DNA of 57,178 nt from Methanocella sp. (GTDB lineage: Archaea > Thermoproteota > Bathyarchaeia > Bathyarchaeales > Bathycorpusculaceae): the NCBI GenBank assembly GCA_050261115.1, contig JBLNCY010000051.1:1-57178 (forward strand), in the 5' to 3' direction. The notes beneath the pieces are model-generated. The model was not told where the DNA came from, did no database searches, and saw only the letters and a list, made by a program, of their open reading frames with translations. A program made the position numbers and the translations under genes. The first letter of the stretch is position 1; each line of letters begins with the position of its first letter. Positions 39,346 through 49,650 of this stretch are shown here, piece by piece.

Positions 39346-40543
39346 TGGTTTTCTCTCCTAGAATTGTTACGTAAGCTTTAGTTCCAAATCCCTCGAATTC
39401 GACGGCTGCAGCATGCTTCAAGTCTCCTTCGATGTTGACTTGGCGGTCGGCTGCTTCGCCTCGGAGTTGGCGGAAAAGCTCAAAAATCTGTGCTCCGCCT
39501 GTGGCGCCTAAGGGGTTGCCGTCGGCTTTGAGTCCACCGTTGGTGTTAACGTAGACGGGTTTATTGTTGATTTCATAGTAGAGGTGGTTGTCGGTGTAGC
39601 TTTGGTAGATGTTTTTCCATGCGGTGCCGGGTGCACAGAGGCCGAGGTCTTCGAGTGTCACCATTTCCATCATGGTGGATTGGTCATAGAGTTCTAGTAA
39701 CTGTAACTGTGAGGGTGACACTTTGGCTGTTTGGGAGGCGCTCTTCATGGCTAGCTCCGCCGCAAGAAAACGAGTGAGGTCTTCGCGGGTGGAGTAGTTG
39801 AGGTAGTCAGTTGCTGAACCGCACCCCAAAATGTAGACGGGGTGATCCGTCAGTGTTTTGGCTACCTCTTCGCTGGTTAGAACGATTGCGCTGGCGCCAT
39901 CGGAGATCGGAGCGAAGTCGAATAATCCGAGAGGTTTGCTGGCTGCTTTGCGGGCGCCTCTAACCTGATCTATGGTGATTTTACGTTGGAACTGTGCATA
40001 CTTGTTTTTTGTTGCGTTAGCGTGGTTTTTTACGGCGACCTGTGCGAGGGCTGTTTCAAGTTGTTCTATATCTTGCCCTGTTAAGCCGTGCTTTTTGATG
40101 TAGGCGCGCATCATGAGTTCATGGTTGGATTCGGGGGTGCCGCCTGCATAGTAGCTCCAGGGGTCGTCAAGCAGCATAAGGTCGTCGCGGATTTTGTCCA
40201 GTCGGTCAGACATTTTTTCGATGCCGCCCACAAGTACAGTGTTGTAGACGCCTGCTTGGATGGCATGACAGGCTGTCATGAGTGCAGCGCTGAAGCTGCG
40301 GGTGATCTCCATGGGTACGTGGAGTTCTGTGAGTTCTGAGAGGAATCCTTCTTCTAAGCCAAGTTTGTTGGTGATTGGCAAGAAGCAGTCAGACATGTAA
40401 CAGGCCTGCAGGTCTTTTCGTTCTAGGTTACATTCGTTTGAGGCAGCAAGCCAAGCTTCTTCGATGAGTTTTTCGGGTTCTTTGCCGTAGTGCTCACCGA
40501 ACTTGGTTCTGCCGACAGCAACTATAGCTGGTCGGTTTTGCAT
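39335..40543 (-). CDS. Thiolase-fold protein with degenerate catalytic motifs
   Basis: GRTKFG, VLVGGIEKM, AVKNH.NA..N.YAQF, PISDGASA, VNTNGGLKA.G.PLGATG confirm the family; start taken at ATG 40543. Confidence 0.9.
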   Translation of the reverse strand: MQNRPAIVAVGRTKFGEHYGKEPEKLIEEAWLAASNECNLERKDLQACYMSDCFLPITNKLGLEEGFLSELTELHVPMEITRSFSAALMTACHAIQAGVYNTVLVGGIEKMSDRLDKIRDDLMLLDDPWSYYAGGTPESNHELMMRAYIKKHGLTGQDIEQLETALAQVAVKNHANATKNKYAQFQRKITIDQVRGARKAASKPLGLFDFAPISDGASAIVLTSEEVAKTLTDHPVYILGCGSATDYLNYSTREDLTRFLAAELAMKSASQTAKVSPSQLQLLELYDQSTMMEMVTLEDLGLCAPGTAWKNIYQSYTDNHLYYEINNKPVYVNTNGGLKADGNPLGATGGAQIFELFRQLRGEAADRQVNIEGDLKHAAAVEFEGFGTKAYVTILGEKTNEQ

Positions 40544-40672
40544 AATATGGTGCTTCCCTGTTTGTATTAGCATAAAAACTCCAAACGACAACTATTAAGG
40601 GTTTTCCATAATCCCCAAGGCGATGCCCTAATATAGCAAAACTTCAGCTACACTCTAAGGAAGAGAGGTAAA

Positions 40673-40840
40673 GTGGGGAAATTAAATGGTGCCCTAGTTG
40701 GGCTCCGAAACAAAGTAGACGGTTTCTTTTATTGTTGTGAATACATAAAAGAATGTGACAAAGTCAGCCCACAATGCCGTGAAGGCGGAAGCAGCTACTG
40801 CGGCGAATACAAAAAACGTAGCCGCAAAAAACAGCGCTAA
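40673..40840 (+). CDS. Small Cys-rich protein (55 aa), not in ORF track
   Basis: GAGAGGT RBS then GTG; MGKLNGALVGLRNKVDGFFYCCEYIKECDKVSPQCREGGSSYCGEYKKRSRKKQR; stop overlaps the pncB stop. Confidence 0.6.
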   Translation: MGKLNGALVGLRNKVDGFFYCCEYIKECDKVSPQCREGGSSYCGEYKKRSRKKQR

Positions 40841-42234
40841 GCGGAATGATTGATTTCTTTTTCGGCTATCTGTGCTTTGAGGGTTTCGGTCAAGTTCTGG
40901 AGTTTCTGGCTAACCTCCACCGGGTAAGCGGGCGCATCCTTTAACACCTTATACTTCTGGGGCAACTTGGCAATGTTTTCTGCTGCGTAAGTGCGGATCT
41001 GGTCCAATGTCGGTAGCTTGTAGGTTAATTTTCCTCTTTCCATAACCTTAAGCAGCAGGGGCTCGCCTCCATTGGCGGGTTCATCTGCTAAGGCTATGAC
41101 GTCTTTTTTGAAGGAATGGTTGTTGTCTGTGAAGCGGTAAACTTGTTTTCTGCCTGGCAGGGTGATTTTGTCTTTGCTTAGCTTCATTATTGGCGCAAAC
41201 TCGCCATCTGCTGTTTGGGTTTCGCAGAGTTTGTAGATGCCGTCTATGTAGGGTCGGTCGGCGCTGGTTCCCATCTTGGTGCCCACCCCAAAGGCGTCGA
41301 TAGGTGCGCTTGCTTTGAGTAGCTCGGTGATTTTGTATTCGTCTAGGTCGCCGCTGACAAAGATTTTTGCGAACTGCAGGTTGTTGCTGTCAAGGATTCT
41401 GCGGACCCTTTTGCTGGATTCCACCAGGTCGCCGCTGTCAATCCTTACTCCTCCTAAGCGGATGCCTTTGGCTTCAAGTTCCTTGGCGACTATGACGGCT
41501 TTTTCTGCTCCTGCAATGTCATCGTAGGTGTCGATGAGGAGGGTGGATTTGTCTGGGAAGGTTTTGGTGAAAGCGCGGAATGCATCGATTTCTTTGGGAT
41601 AAGACATAATGAAGCTGTGTGCCATGGTGCCAAAGACGGGGATGTTGTAGGTCATGCCTGCAAGTACGTTGCTTGTGCCCATGCATCCGGCGATGTAGCT
41701 GGATCGGGCGACTTTCATGCCGCCGTCTATGCCAGGTTCCCTGCGCAATCCAAACTCGATGACTGCTCTGCCGTCTGCGGCGTTGACTACTCGGCTGGCT
41801 TTGGTGGCAATCATCGTCTGGAGGTTAATGGAGTTTAGGAGGAAGGTCTCGACGAGTTGGGCTTCGATGATGGGGGCTGTTATGCGTAGTAGTGGCTCGT
41901 TGGGGAATGCTAGGGAGCCTTCGGGGACTGCCCAGACTTCGCCTGTGAACTTAAAGTCTGCTAAGTAGTTGAGGAAGTCTTCTTTGAAACCCTGCGTTTT
42001 AAGGTATGATAGGTGTTCGTCTGTGAATTTGATGGTTTGGAGGTAGTTGAGGGCTTCTTCTAGGCCTGCAAAGAGGAAGTAACTGCGGTTTTCGGGTAAG
42101 CGGCGGATGAAGAGGTCAAAGGTGGCATTTTCGAAGTTTTGGTTGTCATAGTAGGCGGCACACATGGTTAATTCGTAAAAGTCGGTGAAGAGGCTCATAT
42201 TTTCCTCTTTTAGATGGCCTAGGTAGGATTTCAT
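40837..42234 (-). CDS. pncB: Nicotinate phosphoribosyltransferase
   Basis: LFTDFYELTM, IATKASR, EFGLRR, GTMAHS, LIDTYD, GVRIDSGD, SGDLDE, FGVGT. Confidence 0.96.
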   Translation of the reverse strand: MKSYLGHLKEENMSLFTDFYELTMCAAYYDNQNFENATFDLFIRRLPENRSYFLFAGLEEALNYLQTIKFTDEHLSYLKTQGFKEDFLNYLADFKFTGEVWAVPEGSLAFPNEPLLRITAPIIEAQLVETFLLNSINLQTMIATKASRVVNAADGRAVIEFGLRREPGIDGGMKVARSSYIAGCMGTSNVLAGMTYNIPVFGTMAHSFIMSYPKEIDAFRAFTKTFPDKSTLLIDTYDDIAGAEKAVIVAKELEAKGIRLGGVRIDSGDLVESSKRVRRILDSNNLQFAKIFVSGDLDEYKITELLKASAPIDAFGVGTKMGTSADRPYIDGIYKLCETQTADGEFAPIMKLSKDKITLPGRKQVYRFTDNNHSFKKDVIALADEPANGGEPLLLKVMERGKLTYKLPTLDQIRTYAAENIAKLPQKYKVLKDAPAYPVEVSQKLQNLTETLKAQIAEKEINHSA

Positions 42235-42397
42235 GGGGTAGTAGAGGCCCTCTTGGGCATTTAATTGTTTCTAGACGCATGGTCGCCTGCAGCTTGGGGG
42301 CGCTTTTGGGTGTTCTATTGCGTAGTTTTAAAAGCAGAAGCACTCTATTGCATGTAGAGGTAGATGGCGTACGCCGTTACTGTATCCAATTAAACAT

Positions 42398-45241
42398 GTG
42401 TTCCGTAACTGGAAACTTTTCACTGCCCTCTTAATCGGGGTAACCTTAGCAGCAACCTTCTTTGCAGGCATAAGCATCAAAGCAAACGTTGCCGCAGAAC
42501 AGACGCTAAACAACCAAATCCGAAACGTTATGACGGATATGTCCTGTCAGGCATCTCTTAACATGTCAAACCTCCCCCTCGTTACAGACTACATCCGAAG
42601 CATGGAGAATGTTAAAAACGTTGATTATTTGACAACGTTTTGGTCACCCGTTAGCATACCAAGCGATAATTACACAAGCGTCAACTACCTGGGGTTTGCA
42701 AGCTTCCCAAATAGTTCAAGGATTTATGATGAATGGCTAAACAAGCCCCCTGGCGGCATAACGACAAACTACACTTACATTCTTGAAGGAAGCAACCTAG
42801 CAAAGAAAGTGAGCATAGGCGACAACATCACCACCATGATTAGTTTCCAGACACCCAAATACTACAACGCAACCACATACTACGTAAACCTCACAGTTGC
42901 AGGCGTCGCCCGATTAACCGATGAGGGTTATGCGTTACTGTCTGGTACTGACTGGTTCTATCCGGACAGCTCTAAGTACCGAAGCGACTTTATGATCATA
43001 AGCTGGGAAAACACTCTTGAACCCCTCTGGGAAAGCGCACCCGACACAAGCACTCAAGAGATAAGATATGCAATAAACGTTGACCGGGAAGCCCTTATCA
43101 GCCCATGGAATGTCCAAGCATCCGTCACACGAATCAACTTGATAGCAGACACCATCCAAAACAAAATGCTAAGCTACATGTCATGGGCATATGTAAACAA
43201 TGCATTAAGCAGTTCCCTGCAGGGCTACCAATCTAACATCTCATCGTTCCTCTTTAGCTTCTTTATGGTTTCCATCCCGATTTTCTTTGTAGCGTGGTAT
43301 CTGGGCTCCACCGTATCAGACGTATCCTTTAACATTCGCAGAAGAGAAATCGGGCTCCTATCCACAAAAGGCTTATCCAGCGGCCAAATACAGCGTATGT
43401 TTCTTGTCGAAGCCCTCGTGATAGGCGTAATTGCCGGCGTGTTGGGTGTTGTCGGCGGCTTAATAATCAACCAGTACTACGCTGGTGCAGTTAATCTTAA
43501 CACGCTATTTGCTTCTAAACTGTACAGCCCTGATGTGATGATTGTCACCGTATTCTTCGGCGTCCTCCTATCTTTGCTCTCAGTGTACTGGTCATCCCGA
43601 AAGGCCTCAAGAATACCCGCCGTAGAAGCGCTCAGAAACGACCCCACAATCACCCGTCAACCCCACCGCCGAATAATACCCATCATCGCTTTGGCTTTAG
43701 GTTCCTATTCAATCATTGTTGCCCTCTTAGGCGTAAATGTTCCCAACGCTTACCAACAGTGGCTATACACAAGCGGAAATATATTTTTAAGCGAACTCTA
43801 CCCCGTCGTATCCTATTTTGATATGTTCATGGGTTACTTCGGATTCTTCTTCTTCCTCTGGGGCCTCACAACCATAATAATTCGAGACTCAACCAAGTTC
43901 CAAACGGTAGTCACCAAAATCTCCTCAGTCATGGGCGACCTAGGCGCCTTAGCCGCAAAGAACGTCCGAAGAAACCCCGCCAGACTCACCGCCATAGCAT
44001 TTGTTATCGCTTTAATCCTATGTCTCTCCGTGCAAGTAACCGGGCAAATCGCAAGCCAAAAAGACTACATCCAACGAACAGTACAGGGACAGGTAGGCGC
44101 AGACATAACCGTCAACTTAGCCAACGCATCCGAAGGCCAAATTGTTCTACGCGAGTTACTGCTAAACGTCTCAGGTATCCAAAACGCAACAGTGGAACGA
44201 ATCTTAAACCCCGTAATCGCCGGCAACACCGTAACTATGAAAACAATTGACCCAACCTCTTGGACGCTATCCGCATACTACGAAGACGGCTGGTTTAGCG
44301 GAAACAACGTTGACGAGATAATGAGGCTAATGAAAGCAGACAACAACACCGTCGTAATCAGCCGTACCTTAGCCAAACAGTTAAACAAGCAACTCTTTGA
44401 CACCATCGCCGCCGACTTCCGCTCTTCTCCCCGCACTCTCAAGATTGTAGGGTTCTTCGGCCCTGAACCCAACGACAACCAAGGCGCCGTACCCCTACCT
44501 TACTATGCGACTAGAGACTCAATCTCATCCAATATCCCAATACCCCCCATCTATTACAATGGAGGCTACAATTCACCCTATGACTGTTATGCGCCAAGAG
44601 ACCTCTTCAACGCCACAGGCGCCGACAGCGAAATCTACCAACTCGAATACTTCACCACAAACATCCTAATCAAACTCAAACCCGACGCTAACGGCACCCA
44701 AGTAGCTAACCAAATACGCAACTTAGACCTCGACATAGCCTCTGTATCCTCCTATGACGAGCAATGGCGACGCTCAAACCAAATGGAAAACGCCGCCACC
44801 TTTAGCAGCATGCAAACGCTGGATATACAAAGCTTCGGCCTAATGTTTGTCGTCATCTCTGCCTCAGTGGGAACCTGCCTAATCGCGCTTGTGAGCTTAA
44901 AAGAGCGTACCCGAGAAGCCACTTTAATGAGCGTTCGCGGCTTATCATACCGTCAGCTAGTCTGGGTGTTTTTGGTTGAGAGTCTTGCAATAATCACTTT
45001 CGCCGTAATATTAGGTGCCCTAATCGGAGTAGTACTCGTCTACGGCGCAGTAGCATCAACCAACAGTGTAACCGCAACTTGGAGCTTCTCTCTGATAACT
45101 CAGCGCCTAATATTCCCGCCCGACGCCATAGCAACAATCGCCACCTACGCTGGTCTAATCTATGCTGCCACAATAGGCGCCATCATAGTCATGTCAAGTC
45201 AATATGTTACTAAACTAGAAAAGATGGTTAGAACAAGATGA
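42398..45241 (+). CDS. ABC transporter permease, MacB/FtsX-type with duplicated FtsX domains
   Basis: RRREIGLL.TKG.S..QI.RMFLVE and ERTREATLMSVRG motifs; large extracellular domains. Confidence 0.9.
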   Translation: MFRNWKLFTALLIGVTLAATFFAGISIKANVAAEQTLNNQIRNVMTDMSCQASLNMSNLPLVTDYIRSMENVKNVDYLTTFWSPVSIPSDNYTSVNYLGFASFPNSSRIYDEWLNKPPGGITTNYTYILEGSNLAKKVSIGDNITTMISFQTPKYYNATTYYVNLTVAGVARLTDEGYALLSGTDWFYPDSSKYRSDFMIISWENTLEPLWESAPDTSTQEIRYAINVDREALISPWNVQASVTRINLIADTIQNKMLSYMSWAYVNNALSSSLQGYQSNISSFLFSFFMVSIPIFFVAWYLGSTVSDVSFNIRRREIGLLSTKGLSSGQIQRMFLVEALVIGVIAGVLGVVGGLIINQYYAGAVNLNTLFASKLYSPDVMIVTVFFGVLLSLLSVYWSSRKASRIPAVEALRNDPTITRQPHRRIIPIIALALGSYSIIVALLGVNVPNAYQQWLYTSGNIFLSELYPVVSYFDMFMGYFGFFFFLWGLTTIIIRDSTKFQTVVTKISSVMGDLGALAAKNVRRNPARLTAIAFVIALILCLSVQVTGQIASQKDYIQRTVQGQVGADITVNLANASEGQIVLRELLLNVSGIQNATVERILNPVIAGNTVTMKTIDPTSWTLSAYYEDGWFSGNNVDEIMRLMKADNNTVVISRTLAKQLNKQLFDTIAADFRSSPRTLKIVGFFGPEPNDNQGAVPLPYYATRDSISSNIPIPPIYYNGGYNSPYDCYAPRDLFNATGADSEIYQLEYFTTNILIKLKPDANGTQVANQIRNLDLDIASVSSYDEQWRRSNQMENAATFSSMQTLDIQSFGLMFVVISASVGTCLIALVSLKERTREATLMSVRGLSYRQLVWVFLVESLAIITFAVILGALIGVVLVYGAVASTNSVTATWSFSLITQRLIFPPDAIATIATYAGLIYAATIGAIIVMSSQYVTKLEKMVRTR

Positions 45242-46149
45242 GCACAAACAATAACATAAAAATCCGTGACCTAGTCAAAATCCACCACACAGGAAAAATC
45301 GAAGTCCAGGCCCTCCGAGGCTTAAACCTCGACATATCCTCCGGCGAACTTGTCTCCATCATAGGACCAAGCGGCAGCGGCAAATCCACCCTGCTAAACA
45401 TCATAGGCGGACTCGACAAAGCCACCGCAGGCACCGTCCAAGTCGGAGAAAAAACCGTAACCAGCCTCTCAGTACGTCAACTCGTAGATTATCGCCGAAA
45501 AATGGTCGGCCACATATTCCAGAACCTAAACCTTATCCCAACGCTGACCGCACAGGAAAACATTGAATTCTCCATGGTGGCCTCAGGCGTTAAACGAAGC
45601 AAGCGAAAGCAAAGAGTACACGAGCTCCTCAAAGTTGTTGGGTTAGAGTCACGGGCTCACCACAAACCCGAGGAACTCAGCGGCGGCGAACAGCAAAGAA
45701 TTGCCATCGCATCTGCATTAGCCAACGACGCGCCAATCCTGCTTGCCGATGAACCCACAGGCGAACTAGACACAGCAAACGCCCGCATAATCGCCGAGTA
45801 CCTAGTTAAAATCAACCGCGAAATGGGCAAAACCATAGTCATGGTAACCCACGACCCCAGCGTAGCACGCGTATCCAGCCGTATCCTACGCATCGAAGAC
45901 GGTATCATAAAAACCGCCTTATCGCCCTCCGAAGTCATCGGGCAAGATCAAGGACGCGAAGCCCACTCCTACGTCGACCAAATAAAAGCCCGCATCATCG
46001 AAATCAACACGCAACTGCTCCAGCTTGATAGCGACTTTCGCGCTGAGCGAATCGAGGGCGACGATTATGTGACTAAGCGCCAAATGCTAAAGCACATCCG
46101 TGACAGCCTAAAAGAGGAATGCTCAAGAATGGGGGTCATACCTCCATAA
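45238..46149 (+). CDS. ABC transporter ATP-binding protein (LolD/MacB-like) with C-terminal helical extension
   Basis: GPSGSGKST, LSGGEQQR, LADEPTGELD, VTHD. Confidence 0.95.
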   Translation: MSTNNNIKIRDLVKIHHTGKIEVQALRGLNLDISSGELVSIIGPSGSGKSTLLNIIGGLDKATAGTVQVGEKTVTSLSVRQLVDYRRKMVGHIFQNLNLIPTLTAQENIEFSMVASGVKRSKRKQRVHELLKVVGLESRAHHKPEELSGGEQQRIAIASALANDAPILLADEPTGELDTANARIIAEYLVKINREMGKTIVMVTHDPSVARVSSRILRIEDGIIKTALSPSEVIGQDQGREAHSYVDQIKARIIEINTQLLQLDSDFRAERIEGDDYVTKRQMLKHIRDSLKEECSRMGVIPP

Positions 46150-46188
46150 CCACAACCCCGCATAACAGCTTGGGGTCCTTCTTTTGTT

Positions 46189-46224
46189 TCTATATATAAG
46201 GGAGGGTGTCTCTTTGGAGAGACA
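46189..46224 (+). repeat. Dispersed intergenic element, copy 3, followed by a 7-bp hairpin
   Basis: TCTATATATAAGGGAGGG at 46189-46206, then tgtctct-ttgg-agagaca; between convergent genes. Confidence 0.9.
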
Positions 46225-46269
46225 GCGTCTGCTATGGCAAGCCTGCGGCTACTAAAAAGGTGCCTTTTT

Positions 46270-48363
46270 TTATCGTTCTATTGATATTTTGCTTACGCCC
46301 GCCTCTTTTTCTAGAATCAGCACATGGTCTCCCTTAGCTGCAAAGTCCTCGCTGTGGGTGACTGCTACTATTTGTTCTATGGCTTTGAATTTGCTGATGG
46401 CATCTGCCAGTCGTTCTATGCTGCCATCTTCGCTGCCCAAGTTCTCGGTGGGTTCATCCAGCATTAGCATGCTTAAGCCGTGGCCTGTGCGGCTCTGCAT
46501 AATCAACTGCCCCAGCCCCAGTCGGTAAGCAAACGCCAGAAGCGTACGTTCACCACCTGAGAGATTGCTCACTTCGCGATTTATACCCGCCTCACTCTTC
46601 ACATAAGGCGTATAGGTTTCATCAATAACCACGTTTAGCATCGGAGTCTCGCCTGCTACTAAGCTGTCGAGGATTTGTTGCACAAAGTTGCGTAGCAGCT
46701 TTATGTATTCGCTGCGGAGCTTGGGTTGGATGCTGCGGTAGGCGTCGCGTATTGCGCCTAGGCGCTCGACGGTGCGGCGTATCTTTTCCATCCGCTCCAT
46801 CTTCTCTTGAGCCACATTGATGCGCTGTTGTATGTCGTCTAAGCGTCGGGCCAAGTCTTTTTTGCGGTTCTCCTTAGTCCTCAGATCAGATTCAACAGCG
46901 TAGTACTGTCTAAGCGCGTTGTCTTTGCGTTCTTTAGCTGCCTGCAACTCGGAGAGGTCAAACTGGCTAATCTCATAAACGAGCCTATCAAGCTCAACGT
47001 GCAGCTCAGCTTCTTGGTGCTTCTGTTTTTCCAGTTCAGCGACAAGGGCTTGGAGGTTGTTTTCTTCCTCTTCAATTCGTGATTTCAGGTCGGCGTTTCG
47101 GGTCAGGCAGTTCTGGAGGTTAGTGTAGGCTTCCTGTGCGGTGGCTTTGGTTTTGATTAGAGTGGCGACTTCGATGCGGATGCGGTTGATGATTTTCCCG
47201 CGGGCTGCATTTTCTGTTTTTATGGCGGCGATCAGATCTGTTTTGTAGTTACCTACTAGTGCCTGATTGCAGATGGGGCATTTACCTTCTCCGGTTTCTA
47301 TGAGGGTTGTGGCTCTTTTTTGGTCCTGTTGTATGCTGCGTGAGGTGGCTTCCTGTTCAGCGCGTAACTGAGCAATCTTGTCGTCGATTTCTGCGATGTG
47401 CTTTGCCAACTGTTCGGGGGACTGGTTGGATGGTAGTCCCGCCTGCTCAAGTTTGCCCAAGCAAAGCTGCATCTGGCTATCAAGCGAGGTTTGCCGCTGG
47501 GTGAGGTTTTCGATTATAGTTTTTTTACCCTCAATCCGCTCGGTTAGCGACGCCAGATTGCGGGTCATGTTGGCTATGTCGGCGTTTGCTTTGGCTTCTT
47601 TGCGTTTAAGCTCCTCAAAGGCGAGTTTCTTTTCTTCCGAGCGCTTTAGCCTTAATTCTGCTTCTTCAAGCGCACGTTTCGCCACGCTGAGCTTCTGGAG
47701 TTGGTTTTCTAAGTCCATCTCTAGCAGGGTGAATTCTTCGCTTGCCCGATTATAGTCCCCGTTGAGCTTCTCTAATCCCAGTACGTCGGGGTCTTTTTCG
47801 TAGATGCGTTTCTCTGTTTCGTAGTCCCGCTGGTAGGTTGCGATGTTACTCCAGGCTACCTCGTAATCGGCTAAGCCGAAGAGTTCGTCGAGGCGTGTCT
47901 GGCGATCGCGGGGTTTGGCGTCTAAGAGTTCTTTGAGGTGCTCCTGTCGGAACCACACGATTTCGCGGTAAAGCTCTTTGTCTAGGCCAGTTATGGCTTT
48001 TAGTTGTTCGGCTATGGCGTCGTTTTTCATGCTGGCAAGGAGGGTTTCGTCTTGGTAGAGTTTTAGTTGCTCATTGTCTTGGAGGATGCTTTTGCCTTTG
48101 CGCTTTAGGCCCCGGACGAGTTTGTAGGTGTTGCCCTGGTGGGTGAATTGTAAGGTGACGCGGCTCCAGTCAGCGCCCTCCCGCATCAAATAATCAAAAC
48201 TACGACTCACGGCGTCCCCAAACAGGGCAAAATCAACCGCATAGAGCACGCTGGATTTTCCGCAGCCGACTCCGCCGACGATACAGTTAAAGCCATGCGT
48301 AAAGAGCACCGTGGTTTTGGTGTGGCTGCGAATGTTTTCCAAGACTACGGCGTCGATCTTCAT
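46270..48363 (-). CDS. rad50: DNA double-strand break repair ATPase Rad50
   Basis: LENIRSH, Walker A GGVGCGKSS, Q-loop, coiled coil with CPIC zinc hook, LSGGE, LDEPT, VTH. Confidence 0.93.
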   Translation of the reverse strand: MKIDAVVLENIRSHTKTTVLFTHGFNCIVGGVGCGKSSVLYAVDFALFGDAVSRSFDYLMREGADWSRVTLQFTHQGNTYKLVRGLKRKGKSILQDNEQLKLYQDETLLASMKNDAIAEQLKAITGLDKELYREIVWFRQEHLKELLDAKPRDRQTRLDELFGLADYEVAWSNIATYQRDYETEKRIYEKDPDVLGLEKLNGDYNRASEEFTLLEMDLENQLQKLSVAKRALEEAELRLKRSEEKKLAFEELKRKEAKANADIANMTRNLASLTERIEGKKTIIENLTQRQTSLDSQMQLCLGKLEQAGLPSNQSPEQLAKHIAEIDDKIAQLRAEQEATSRSIQQDQKRATTLIETGEGKCPICNQALVGNYKTDLIAAIKTENAARGKIINRIRIEVATLIKTKATAQEAYTNLQNCLTRNADLKSRIEEEENNLQALVAELEKQKHQEAELHVELDRLVYEISQFDLSELQAAKERKDNALRQYYAVESDLRTKENRKKDLARRLDDIQQRINVAQEKMERMEKIRRTVERLGAIRDAYRSIQPKLRSEYIKLLRNFVQQILDSLVAGETPMLNVVIDETYTPYVKSEAGINREVSNLSGGERTLLAFAYRLGLGQLIMQSRTGHGLSMLMLDEPTENLGSEDGSIERLADAISKFKAIEQIVAVTHSEDFAAKGDHVLILEKEAGVSKISIER

Positions 48364-49565
48364 TGGGTGAGCTCCTCGATGGTTTGCTTAACTTTCTCGT
48401 CCTGCTTGCGGACTAGGGGGTCAATGAGGTTTAGTGCACCCTGAGCGAGTTTGGGGGCTTCGTCTTGCCCATAGCGGTCGGCGAATATTTCGATGAAGTA
48501 TTCGTATGCTTTGGTTTTTAGGTCCTTGAATTCGCTTTCAAAAATCGAGCGGACCACTTCGTCTGCGACTGCCGTCTCCTTGAGCTGTACAATGGGATGT
48601 ACGAGGAGGGCTTTTTGGGCGGCGACTCGGATTTTAGGGATGTCGACTTCGCTGCGGCTAGCCTCCGCCGGTAGCGTGCCCCGTAGAATCGGGATTATGA
48701 TGGCCTCGCCTTCGTCTGACTCGCGGGTCATCTGGCTTGCGTGTTCGGTTATTTGTGCCGATGCCATGCCTGTGTAGTCATAGTCGAGGATGACGAATCG
48801 TCGGGGACAGGTGAGTTCGATGAGTTGGGGGTTTAGTTGGCCCTGTTCGTCGACTTGGACGTGGTAGAAGCCTTTGGCGATGGGGGCTTCGTCGTAGGTG
48901 ACGGTTTCGGTGCAGCCTGCGTAGACGAGTTGGCCGTCTTTGAATTTGCCTTGGTGGCGGTCGTGGATGTGGCCGGCCGCGTAGTAACAGAATCCGCCTG
49001 GTAGGAGGTCGGGTGGGATTTCGGCTTCGATGTAGGGTGGCTTGATGTCGGGTTGGTCGATGGCGCCGTGGAAGACAAAGATGTTTGCGACGCCTTCTTG
49101 TGGGGTAGGTGGGTTTTCTTCCATGTATCGGGGGAGTGCTTCGAGGGTTCGGTGGCGATTGTGGTAGTTGGGGATGCCGTAGACGTAGCAGCAGTCGGGT
49201 AGGCTCCAGCTTGCGCCGCGGTGCCGCGGGAGGTGATAGATGAGGCCTGCGCTGTCAAGCGGGTAGAGTATGGTGCTGGTTATGGTGTTGGGTGCCGAGT
49301 CGTGGCTGCCATCCACGGTTAAGACGGGGATGCCTGCGTCTTTTAGCCGCTTAAAGCTCCGGATGCTGTTCTCCAGGGTTAGGTTTGAGGGGCGGGGCTG
49401 ATGGAACAGGTCACCCGCGATAATCATGAAGTCGGGTTTAACCTCGATAGTGCGGTCCACGAGTTCGCTAAAGGCGTTGTCAAAGTCCTGCCGCCGAGCC
49501 TCTAGGCCGTACTGAGCGTAACCCAGATGGAGGTCGGATGCGTGGACAAAGCTAAATGGCTTCAA
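48360..49565 (-). CDS. mre11: DNA repair nuclease Mre11
   Basis: HASDLHLG, AGDLF, GSHD, FH, AGHIH; 4-nt overlap with rad50. Confidence 0.93.
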   Translation of the reverse strand: MKPFSFVHASDLHLGYAQYGLEARRQDFDNAFSELVDRTIEVKPDFMIIAGDLFHQPRPSNLTLENSIRSFKRLKDAGIPVLTVDGSHDSAPNTITSTILYPLDSAGLIYHLPRHRGASWSLPDCCYVYGIPNYHNRHRTLEALPRYMEENPPTPQEGVANIFVFHGAIDQPDIKPPYIEAEIPPDLLPGGFCYYAAGHIHDRHQGKFKDGQLVYAGCTETVTYDEAPIAKGFYHVQVDEQGQLNPQLIELTCPRRFVILDYDYTGMASAQITEHASQMTRESDEGEAIIIPILRGTLPAEASRSEVDIPKIRVAAQKALLVHPIVQLKETAVADEVVRSIFESEFKDLKTKAYEYFIEIFADRYGQDEAPKLAQGALNLIDPLVRKQDEKVKQTIEELTQ

Positions 49566-49650
49566 GCGGACTGTGGCTTCCTTTCTTTCTTGATTAGTGT
49601 TTATTCTTTTAAGTGTTCTGACAAGTTAACAGCCTTAAGGAACTTTACTT

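Noticed and set aside
46270-49565. SMC-like ATPase plus nuclease as a defence system
   Set aside because: Zinc hook and Mre11 motifs fit ordinary Mre11-Rad50; no Wadjet or other accessory genes.
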